This document shows positions 26,031 through 33,885 of a stretch of DNA of 41,085 nt, in pieces. The position numbers were made by a program, and so were the translations under genes. Below the pieces are notes generated by a model. It worked only from the letters and a program-made list of their open reading frames with translations, had not been told where the DNA came from and searched no databases. Source of the DNA: Candidatus Aenigmatarchaeota archaeon. Lineage in GTDB: Archaea > Aenigmatarchaeota > Aenigmatarchaeia > CG10238-14 > SCSR01. Location of the stretch: contig JAWADS010000004.1 of the NCBI GenBank assembly GCA_038998625.1, positions 1-41,085 on the forward strand. Direction: 5' to 3'. The number at the start of each line of letters is the position of its first letter. Within the stretch, counting starts at the first letter, position 1.

Positions 26031-27078
26031 ATTCCTATTGGCAAAAAATTTTATTGAATCAATAAAAAAAGATGAAAAAATTTTAATAATACATGATAAA
26101 GATTTGGACGGAATTTGTTCTGGTATAATTTTAATCAAAACTTTAGAAAAAATTGGAATTGGAAAAATTTATTCAAGACCTTTATCTATAAGGGATATTT
26201 TAGAAAAAAATGAACTAGAAAAATTAAATTTTAAAAAATTTTCAAAAATCATTGTATTAGATTTAGCTATTTATCAAGCACAAAAAAATTCAAAATTTTT
26301 TGAAAAAGATATTTTAATCATAGATCATCATCCTATTTTTCCTAAATTAAAAAATAAAAGAATTGTTTTGCTAAATCCAAGAAAAAAACACCCAGAAATT
26401 TATCAACCTACTTCTTACATAACTTACAAATTTTGCTCCGCTTTAACATATATTAAAGATTTAGAATGGTTGGCTGTATTGGGAACTATTGCTGACTATG
26501 GTTATGAGGATTGTAAAGATCTTTTAAAAAAATATGTTAGGATAAAAAAGAAAGATTGCCTTTGGAGAACAAAATTTGGAAAATCTGCAAATCTACTTTC
26601 GGCATATATTTCAATTTTTGGGGAAAAAAAAGCTTTTGATTTTCTAAAAAAATGTGAAAATATAAATGAAATTTTGAAAAATGAAAAATTAAAAGCTACA
26701 TTTGAAAAATATAAAAAATTAATTAAAATAAAAGAGGAGGAGTTTTGGAAAAATGCAGAAATTTTCCCCGAACTCAATTTAATTTTCGCAATAATTTCTA
26801 AAAAGAAAGAAATAAGTGGAAGTGTAATTGCAAGTAAAGTTTCCACAAAAAATCCTGATAAAATTATTATATTGCTTGAAAAGAGTGATGGATATTTTAA
26901 AATTCATGGTAGAAATCAAAGTGGAAGAATTCATATGGGAAATTTATTGAGATATTCCACTTTAAGTAGAGGTGGCGGGCATAGAGAAGCTGGAGGGGCA
27001 AGCATTAATGTAAAAGATTTAGAATCTTTTAAAAAAAGGTTTATCAATAAGCTAAAAAGAAATAAGGTAAAAATCTGA
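25975..27078 (+). CDS. DHH-family phosphoesterase (RecJ/NrnA-like)
   Basis: HDKDLDG, IVLD, IIDHH, GTIAD, GGGHREAGG; start uncertain. Confidence 0.9.
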   Translation: MKKQLKNLVKRLKREKKNEFLLAKNFIESIKKDEKILIIHDKDLDGICSGIILIKTLEKIGIGKIYSRPLSIRDILEKNELEKLNFKKFSKIIVLDLAIYQAQKNSKFFEKDILIIDHHPIFPKLKNKRIVLLNPRKKHPEIYQPTSYITYKFCSALTYIKDLEWLAVLGTIADYGYEDCKDLLKKYVRIKKKDCLWRTKFGKSANLLSAYISIFGEKKAFDFLKKCENINEILKNEKLKATFEKYKKLIKIKEEEFWKNAEIFPELNLIFAIISKKKEISGSVIASKVSTKNPDKIIILLEKSDGYFKIHGRNQSGRIHMGNLLRYSTLSRGGGHREAGGASINVKDLESFKKRFINKLKRNKVKI

Positions 27079-27227
27079 CCAAAATTGGCTATTTATCGCT
27101 TAAAAAGGAAAAATAGGTTTATATTTTTATTTTAAATTCTTATAAAGTATTCTTCTAGATTAAAATAGGAAATGACCTCCTGGGAAAACTAGGTATGTAT
27201 TAATCTTTAAAATTTTTTAAGATTGAT

Positions 27228-27404
27228 ATGCAATGTTTTAGATGCAAATCTGTTAGGCTAATTAAATTTATAGATGGTTTTGGTCAAAGAAGGTTGTTTT
27301 GTAGAAATTGTTGGAATAGTTTCCTAGAAAATTCTATAAGTTTTGAGAATCAAAAAAGATTGCTAGATTTCAAAACTTTTAGGGATGAATTGAAGATGGG
27401 ATGA
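27228..27404 (+). CDS. Small Zn-ribbon protein (58 aa)
   Basis: Hand-translated MQCFRCKSVRLIKFIDGFGQRRLFCRNCWNSF... Confidence 0.6.
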   Translation: MQCFRCKSVRLIKFIDGFGQRRLFCRNCWNSFLENSISFENQKRLLDFKTFRDELKMG

Positions 27405-27407
27405 AAA

Positions 27408-27527
27408 ATGGATATAATAGCCAAAATTGAAATGACATTGTTTAATGATAGGGATGTTAAGAAGTTTCAAATAAGTTTTATGAAAGGTGGTCGTATCTTC
27501 GGATTTATAAAGCCGGTAAAGGGTTAA
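27408..27527 (+). CDS. Putative 39-aa small protein
   Basis: ATG 3 nt after the previous stop; MDIIAKIEMTLFNDRDVKKFQISFMKGGRIFGFIKPVKG*. Confidence 0.4.
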   Translation: MDIIAKIEMTLFNDRDVKKFQISFMKGGRIFGFIKPVKG

Positions 27528-27554
27528 GAAGCTTTTAAATTTTTGCTTTTTAAA

Positions 27555-27597
27555 AAGGAGAGGAAGCTGCTAATCCTTCCCCTCTCCTTCTTTTTTG
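27555..27597. terminator. Hairpin followed by a T tract between convergent genes
   Basis: AAGGAGAGG...CCTCTCCTT arms then CTTTTTT. Confidence 0.45.
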
Positions 27598-27700
27598 ATC
27601 AAATTAAAACAAAAGATTTTTAACACAACAGCATTATTGTGTTTTTTATCTGTTTTTTATCTTTTGCGAAATAAAGAAGAGAAGCTACTCTTTTTCATTT

Positions 27701-28378
27701 TTATATTATTTTAGACCTTAAAACCACAAAAAGATGAGCCTTCTCGTAAGGATCCAATTCTACTTTATCTAAAACTTCAAAATTTTGAGAAAGTTCTTGC
27801 AGACATTCTTTATAAACTTGCTTTGGAGGTTTTGTAACATCTATACTTTGACTTTTTATAGCTATTATCGCGAAACCATTAGGTTTCAAAAATTTCTTTG
27901 CATTTCTCTCAAGGATTTTTATTTGATCTACATCAGCTATATCTTCATAAAGTATATCCACTTTATCCACAACAACATTTTCGTAAGTTTCGGGCATTCT
28001 AGCATCGGCTAGGATTGGTATAATATTTCCCCTTTTTTCACAAACTGGTATAGCCTCCCTTAGACTTCTTTCAGAAATTTCCACCCCATATATAAGACCT
28101 TCTTTACCCACAATATCACTAAAGAAACTAGCTGTTTTTGCCTCAGCCAAACCCAAATAGAGAACGGTATGATTTTTTTTCAAAGGAAATGTTTTTAATC
28201 GCTTTTTAAAGGCTGCAGATGGTTTTGAGGTCCAACAATCCCAAATTCTGTATTCTACATTATCTAGAACAATTAAATCTTCATTCGAGCTTTTGAAACC
28301 TGGAACTAAATTAATAGTAGCGAACTTACCATCAATTTTATAGACGCCCTCAAATTTATAGGGTGTTGCAGTAACCAT
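27701..28378 (-). CDS. flpA: Fibrillarin (C/D box 2'-O-methyltransferase)
   Basis: EYRIW..SK, VLYLG, YGVE, NIIPILADA, IAIKSQSIDVT, LDPYEKAH; adjacent to nop5. Confidence 0.93.
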   Translation of the reverse strand: MVTATPYKFEGVYKIDGKFATINLVPGFKSSNEDLIVLDNVEYRIWDCWTSKPSAAFKKRLKTFPLKKNHTVLYLGLAEAKTASFFSDIVGKEGLIYGVEISERSLREAIPVCEKRGNIIPILADARMPETYENVVVDKVDILYEDIADVDQIKILERNAKKFLKPNGFAIIAIKSQSIDVTKPPKQVYKECLQELSQNFEVLDKVELDPYEKAHLFVVLRSKII

Positions 28379-28405
28379 AAGGAACACTTCAATAATTTTA
28401 AAAAA

Positions 28406-29449
28406 TTATTTAGAACTTAAGATCTCTTTAACTTTTTCATCTAACTCCTTTCTCAGCTCTTGGGCTTTATTTTCTTTAGAGAAATAATCTATTTTCACAG
28501 CAATAGAAAGTTTTGAAGCTAAAGCTCTTGCAACTTTTCCTCTAAATTCTTCGGGAGAGTTTCTAACTAATGGATGAGAAAATAATATTCCATATTTAGG
28601 ACTTTTGCCCTTACCTTTCAAAAATCTGAAAAGAGCTTTTTCACTACCTAATAATTGAATAGTAGAAGAAGGTAATTTCGCTAATTTTTCCAAACCACCA
28701 GCCTTTGCTATAAATTTTGCTGTCAATATGGGGCCAGCTAATTCGGTAAAGTTGGGTGCTATTTCTTTAAGCAAACTTTCTAAATACTTCAAAAATCTTT
28801 CTTTGAGTTTATATAATTCTAATATTTGTTTAGCCAAAGCTTGAACTTCCTTAATATCCTCTTCCCTAAATTCCATACCCATACTTTTGTTTTTAAATGG
28901 TGCTAACTTTTGATCTTCTATTTTTTCGCGACTTCCAAATTTTTCCACTATACCTGCAAATTTCTCATGATCTGAAATTATTCTATCCATTTCTGGAAAA
29001 TGTAGACCATACCATTCCCTCAACCTTTCGACAAAAATATTTATACTCTTGTCTATCTCCTCTATGGCGCCATTCAGTTGAATAACAATCTTGTCTTTAG
29101 AAACAGCCTTCTTAATTTCAGCCTTTGTTAACTCAATGACAACTTGAGATAAAAATTTATTAAAATCAGTAGCATCCTTAAAAATTTTTTGATCTAAAAA
29201 AATTTCCCTCAAATGAGTTTTTACATAATCATAAAGGGGATTTTTAGAATCAACCTTTTCAACAATATAATTTTTCTTTCTCAATTGATCTATTACTTCC
29301 TTTTCTTCTTCTATTAAATCTTGTTGTGATAATTGATATTTTTCTGCGGCCTGAGAAGGATCTTTAGAAAAAGGTTTAACTAAAATTACTCTCTTATTCT
29401 CATCTATAGCAATAATGCCAATCAAAGTTGTGATAATAAAAGCTTGCAT
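28406..29449 (-). CDS. nop5: C/D box RNP protein Nop5 (Nop56/58)
   Basis: ERLREWYGLHFPE, APN, PSSTIQLLGSEKALF, PKYG. Confidence 0.96.
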   Translation of the reverse strand: MQAFIITTLIGIIAIDENKRVILVKPFSKDPSQAAEKYQLSQQDLIEEEKEVIDQLRKKNYIVEKVDSKNPLYDYVKTHLREIFLDQKIFKDATDFNKFLSQVVIELTKAEIKKAVSKDKIVIQLNGAIEEIDKSINIFVERLREWYGLHFPEMDRIISDHEKFAGIVEKFGSREKIEDQKLAPFKNKSMGMEFREEDIKEVQALAKQILELYKLKERFLKYLESLLKEIAPNFTELAGPILTAKFIAKAGGLEKLAKLPSSTIQLLGSEKALFRFLKGKGKSPKYGILFSHPLVRNSPEEFRGKVARALASKLSIAVKIDYFSKENKAQELRKELDEKVKEILSSK

Positions 29450-29484
29450 AGTTTTTATTAACCCTTTAAATTTAATATCATTTA

Positions 29485-30384
29485 ATGGATTATGTAACCA
29501 ATGAAATTTTAAAGAAAGTTTATCCCAAAAAAGATGAATGGAGTCATAAAGGAGATTATGGTAGACTTCTAGTTGTTGCTGGTAGCAAATGGATGACTGG
29601 TGCTCCAGTTTTAATAGGATTAGCTGCTTTAAGAGGGGGTTGTGATGTAATTTATTTTATCGGACCTGAGAGATCGATGGAAGTTGTTGCAAAGACTTAT
29701 CCTAGCTTTATTAGCCATCCTTTAAAAGGAGATTTCCTAGAAGAAAAGCACATAGAAGAGATTTTAGATTTTGCTTTTGAAATGCGAATTACAGGATTAG
29801 CTATAGGTCCAGGATTATATAGAAAAGATAAAACAAAAAAAGCAATTGTTAAAATTGTTCAAAATCTTGATTGTCCCATGGTAATTGATGCCGACGCAAT
29901 TCGCGCAATTAGCATAGCAAAAAATATTTTGAAAAATAAAAATGTTGTATTAACTCCCCATGAAAATGAATTTTATGAATTAACAGGCGTTCATTTAGAT
30001 ACATATCTGGAAAAAAGGGCTAACAAAGTAAAAGAAGAAACTTATAAATTAAATTGCGATGAAAAGGGAATTTGCCCCCTTGTACCAAATGTTGTAATGG
30101 TTGTTAAAGGACATGTTGACATAATTTCCAATGGAAGGGAGGTTGTGCTAAATAAAAAACAATTTGGTGTTTACGCAACTAAAGGAGGTTTTGGAGACAC
30201 TTTAACGGGAATTTGTGCAGCATTTCTATCAAGAAGAAAAAATAAATTAGATCTTTTTACTGCAGCTCAGGCAGCTACCTTTATAAATGGTAAAGCTATA
30301 GATTTAGCTTATAAGAAATATGGAAAAGGTATAGGACCATTAGATTTAATTGAAACCATCCCATTAGTTATTTCTAGTAAATAG
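29485..30384 (+). CDS. nnrD: ADP-dependent NAD(P)H-hydrate dehydratase (YjeF C-terminal)
   Basis: SHKGDYGRLLVVAGS, IGPGL, VIDADA, LTPH..EF, GGFGDTLTG. Confidence 0.93.
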   Translation: MDYVTNEILKKVYPKKDEWSHKGDYGRLLVVAGSKWMTGAPVLIGLAALRGGCDVIYFIGPERSMEVVAKTYPSFISHPLKGDFLEEKHIEEILDFAFEMRITGLAIGPGLYRKDKTKKAIVKIVQNLDCPMVIDADAIRAISIAKNILKNKNVVLTPHENEFYELTGVHLDTYLEKRANKVKEETYKLNCDEKGICPLVPNVVMVVKGHVDIISNGREVVLNKKQFGVYATKGGFGDTLTGICAAFLSRRKNKLDLFTAAQAATFINGKAIDLAYKKYGKGIGPLDLIETIPLVISSK

Positions 30385-30398
30385 AAAATGGGATAAAA

Positions 30399-30629
30399 AT
30401 GATGGAATACTTGGTTCCCATAGGAATTCTTGTGATTTTTATAGGATTTATTCTAATTTTAATTGGCGCCATCTTTGCGTCGAGCAAAGGAAAAACAGAT
30501 TTTGCTGTGGTAGGCCTAATCGGGCCTTTACCTTTTGGTATTGCTTCAAGGGAAGATTTATTAAAATTTGGGATAATAATTACTTTAATATTATTCGCAA
30601 TATTCATATTGATTAGCAGAAGTTTGTGA
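30399..30629 (+). CDS. Small membrane protein (DUF131-like)
   Basis: Two TM segments flanking GLIGPLPFG. Confidence 0.7.
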   Translation: MMEYLVPIGILVIFIGFILILIGAIFASSKGKTDFAVVGLIGPLPFGIASREDLLKFGIIITLILFAIFILISRSL

Positions 30630-30633
30630 TTTT

Positions 30634-31590
30634 ATGCCAGCTAATTTAATCATTACAATGTTTCTAACATTATTTTTGTTATTCGGATTTCTTTTTGCAA
30701 TTTTGGCTGCCATAGGTTATTATATTGGACTATCTGGTTATTTAATAGTTGCTATAGCTATATTCCTTGTTTTTATCCAGTGGTTAATTGGCCCGAACAT
30801 AATTTGGTGGACTACTAACATGAGACCCTTGGAAAAAAATGAATATCCTTGGATTTGGGAAACTGTTGAAGAAATTTCCAAAAAGCATAAAGTACCTATG
30901 CCGAAAAAAATTGCACTGGTTAGAAGTGGTGCTCCTAATGCTTTCGTTTTCGGAAGGACTCCTAGATCTGCAACCCTTGCTATAACACAAGGCTTGTTGA
31001 ACAACTTGACTAAAGAAGAAGTAAAGGCTGTAATTGGCCATGAAATGGGCCATATAAAACATAAAGATATGGTGGTCATGACTGTAGTGTCCGCTATACC
31101 AGTGATTGCCTATTTTATCGCAAGATTTTTAATATTCACAAGTGATAGTAAAAGGGAGAGGGGCGCTGCAGTATTAATAGGTTTAGGTGCATTTATTGTT
31201 TACTTCATCACAAACTTATTGGTTTTGGCCCTAAGCAGATTGAGAGAATATTATGCTGATAGATTTGGGGGATTAGCTACAAAACCTAAATTATTAGCTA
31301 ATGCTTTAGCAAAAATAACTTATGGTTTATCATTGCATAAAGAAGATGTTAATCAAGCTGCCAGAGCCTTTTTCATTGCTGACCCTATTACTTCAAATTT
31401 TGAAATTTCCCACTTCTCTTCAGAATATTCGGACTTAAAAATTAGTGGAGAGGAAGTTAAAAAAGCTATGGAATGGGAAAAGAAAAATATCTATGCTAGA
31501 ATAAGTGAAATCTTTAGGACTCATCCACTGAGTTTTAAGAGGATTCAAGCCCTACTGAAATTAGAAAAAGAATTAACTGAGAAAAAATAA
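30634..31590 (+). CDS. htpX: Zinc metalloprotease HtpX (M48)
   Basis: PNAFVFG, HEMGH, SRLREYYAD, THP...RI. Confidence 0.96.
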   Translation: MPANLIITMFLTLFLLFGFLFAILAAIGYYIGLSGYLIVAIAIFLVFIQWLIGPNIIWWTTNMRPLEKNEYPWIWETVEEISKKHKVPMPKKIALVRSGAPNAFVFGRTPRSATLAITQGLLNNLTKEEVKAVIGHEMGHIKHKDMVVMTVVSAIPVIAYFIARFLIFTSDSKRERGAAVLIGLGAFIVYFITNLLVLALSRLREYYADRFGGLATKPKLLANALAKITYGLSLHKEDVNQAARAFFIADPITSNFEISHFSSEYSDLKISGEEVKKAMEWEKKNIYARISEIFRTHPLSFKRIQALLKLEKELTEKK

Positions 31591-31599
31591 TTTTAAAAC

Positions 31600-32349
31600 A
31601 TGTTTAAATTTGGGGATTTGGTTTTATTAATTTCTAAGGATGAGAAATATTTGGTTGAGGTAAGAAACCAAAGGTTTAATGTAAAAAGCGGTTATATAGA
31701 GCTTTCAAAATTAAAAAACAAAAATTTTGGAGATAAGATCAAAACCCATTTGGGAAAAATCTTTCATATAGCTAGACCTAATCTTTCTGATATTATAGAA
31801 AATTTAAACAGAATGCAACAAATTATAACACCAAAAGATTTTGGAATGATTTTAGCTTACACTGGAATTGCCCCAGATAGTCTAATTCTAGATGCCGGAA
31901 CTGGATCAGGATTTTTAGCTATTTCATTGGCTTATTATGCCAATAAAGGAAGAGTTATTACTTATGAAAAAGATAAAAGGGCAATAAAAGTTGCTAGGAA
32001 AAATATAAAATTGTCGAAATTAAAAAACATAAGGTTGAAAGTTAAGAACGTGAAAAAAGGTTTTGATGAAAAAAATGCAGATCTAATAACCTTAGATTTA
32101 CAAAATCCTGAGAAAATTGTTCCATATGCCTATAAATCCTTAAAAATTGGAGGTTGGCTAGTGATATATTCGCCGACTGTAGAAGAGCTAATAAACAGTG
32201 TAAAAAAAATAAAAAACATAAAAGGTTTTTCTGAACCAAAAATTATGGAAAATATTGTTAGAATGTGGCAATCTGAAGTTACAACACGACCAAAAACAAC
32301 AGGTTTATTACACACAGGATTTTTAATATTTACAAGAAAGGTGGAATAA
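31600..32349 (+). CDS. trmI: tRNA m1A57/58 methyltransferase
   Basis: QIITPKD, DAGTGSG, LDLQNP, YSPTVE, HTGFL. Confidence 0.93.
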   Translation: MFKFGDLVLLISKDEKYLVEVRNQRFNVKSGYIELSKLKNKNFGDKIKTHLGKIFHIARPNLSDIIENLNRMQQIITPKDFGMILAYTGIAPDSLILDAGTGSGFLAISLAYYANKGRVITYEKDKRAIKVARKNIKLSKLKNIRLKVKNVKKGFDEKNADLITLDLQNPEKIVPYAYKSLKIGGWLVIYSPTVEELINSVKKIKNIKGFSEPKIMENIVRMWQSEVTTRPKTTGLLHTGFLIFTRKVE

Positions 32350-32350
32350 A

Positions 32351-32947
32351 ATGGGAAAAAAAGAAATGCAAAGAATTCCTGAAGAACCTTCTGGACCGGT
32401 GCCAGAAATCACACCAGAACTTATAAAAACAACTTATGAAGCTTTAGAAGCTTCTGGAATTCTTTTTTATTCTGAAGAAGGTGGGGTTTATGTCCCCACA
32501 GAGAGGGGTTGGAAATTATTAATGGAAATAAAACCTGTGAAGGAAGAAATAGAAGCTTATGGTCATCCTAGCATAAAAGCAACGAATTTGAAATTTTTAA
32601 CAATAACCAAAGAAAACAAGGTTTTAGATGATAGTGTCATTGCAATTAGGGCAAATAAAAGTTGTAAAGAATTAAGCAAAGAAATAAGAGAAGCTTTGAA
32701 AGATGGGAAAAAGGTTCAGATAACTATTGAAGCTGATGGAATAAAAGAAGTGATAAGCGCATTTGGATCACCTGCATTAAAACTAACAGACAGCAAAAAT
32801 ATTGTTATAAGAAAGGATGATAAAATTGATGAAAAAACTTTGGCAATAATGGCGGACAAATCAGCAGATGAATTAAACCAAGAATTGATAAGAGAATTAA
32901 GAAAATCTGAAAATAGGGTAAAAATAATTTTGGAAGTTAAGTCATAG
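32351..32947 (+). CDS. DUF371-like protein with an N-terminal extension
   Basis: AYGHPSIKAT, IAIRANKS, IVIRK, I.ADKSA.EL motifs. Confidence 0.75.
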   Translation: MGKKEMQRIPEEPSGPVPEITPELIKTTYEALEASGILFYSEEGGVYVPTERGWKLLMEIKPVKEEIEAYGHPSIKATNLKFLTITKENKVLDDSVIAIRANKSCKELSKEIREALKDGKKVQITIEADGIKEVISAFGSPALKLTDSKNIVIRKDDKIDEKTLAIMADKSADELNQELIRELRKSENRVKIILEVKS

Positions 32948-33111
32948 TATGGAAGTAGGTGATAAATGAAAAATTTCACTCTTGCTACAAAAAATTTTTA
33001 TAGAGCATCTTTAATTGATGATAATTTGTTCGATGAAGGATTAAATTTTTATCTAATTTTGATGAAAAAGATACATGTATTGATTTTAAAAATTATTCCT
33101 AAAAATTTTAT

Positions 33112-33200
33112 GGGGTCGTCGTCTAGCTTGGTTTAGGACACGAGCTTCGGGCGTTCGAAAGGTTTGCCGAAAAACCTGGGTTCAAATCCCAGCGGCCCCA
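33112..33200 (+). tRNA. tRNA-Pro(CGG) with 14-nt intron in the variable loop (33160-33173, position 45/46)
   Basis: GGGGTCG/CGGCCCC acceptor, CGAGC-TT-CGG-GC-GTTCG arm, BHB helix TTCG/CGAA with AAA bulges; the spliced variable loop is AAAC. Confidence 0.88.
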
Positions 33201-33271
33201 TCCAAAATTCAATGAAACTTATTGTGTTTAAACCTATGAATAAGTTGGTTTTAAAGTTAGTAAAGGTTAAG

Positions 33272-33847
33272 TTAAAATAATTTAACACTAATTTCCATAG
33301 CATCCTTGATATTTTTAAAAAATTCTAAAGGAACTTCTATGGTTTTACTCTTATACTTTCCAGAATTTCTCACATAATTAAGATAATCCTGCAAATGATA
33401 CGCAAATATGCCAACATTATCAGCAATAACAATGCTGCCTTTTTTCAAATTTTTCTCAGCTAACTTAAGATAATTCAAATATTCTTCTTTTGCGGCATCA
33501 ATAAATAAAAAATCAAATTTTTCTTTTAGTTTGGGGATAACTTCCAAAGCATCTCCAACAATAACTTTTATTTTATTTGATAGATTTGCATATTCTATAT
33601 TTTTTCTTGCTATATCAGCATACTTAGGATCTATTTCAATAGTTACTACCTTTCCGTCTCTAGGCAACAATCTCGCCATAAGTATAGCAGAATATCCAAA
33701 TAAAGCTCCAATTTCCAAAATTTTCTTTGGTAGATGCTTTTTGATTTCTCCCTCAATAATTTTTCCTTTTATTGGACCTATGGATGGAATAAATTGTTTT
33801 TCGCTTAACTTTTCAAGTATTCTGAGTACGTGTAAAGTTTTGTCCAT
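33272..33847 (-). CDS. SAM-dependent O-methyltransferase (YrrM/TrmR-like)
   Basis: ILEIGALFGYSA, GDALE, FIDAAKEEY, IADN. Confidence 0.9.
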   Translation of the reverse strand: MDKTLHVLRILEKLSEKQFIPSIGPIKGKIIEGEIKKHLPKKILEIGALFGYSAILMARLLPRDGKVVTIEIDPKYADIARKNIEYANLSNKIKVIVGDALEVIPKLKEKFDFLFIDAAKEEYLNYLKLAEKNLKKGSIVIADNVGIFAYHLQDYLNYVRNSGKYKSKTIEVPLEFFKNIKDAMEISVKLF

Positions 33848-33885
33848 AATCTATATCTTGATAAAAAATTTAACTTTTGAAATAA

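Noticed and set aside
30056..30092. Possible in-frame 24-nt BHB intron in nnrD (insert DEKGICPLVPN with an AAGGG/CCCTT hairpin)
   Set aside because: The helix needs two G-U pairs, the flanking stems are poor, there is no stop or frameshift to remove, and excision does not clearly restore the consensus.
33015..33066. C/D box-like TGATGA motifs upstream of tRNA-Pro
   Set aside because: No CTGA D box; likely chance in AT-rich sequence.
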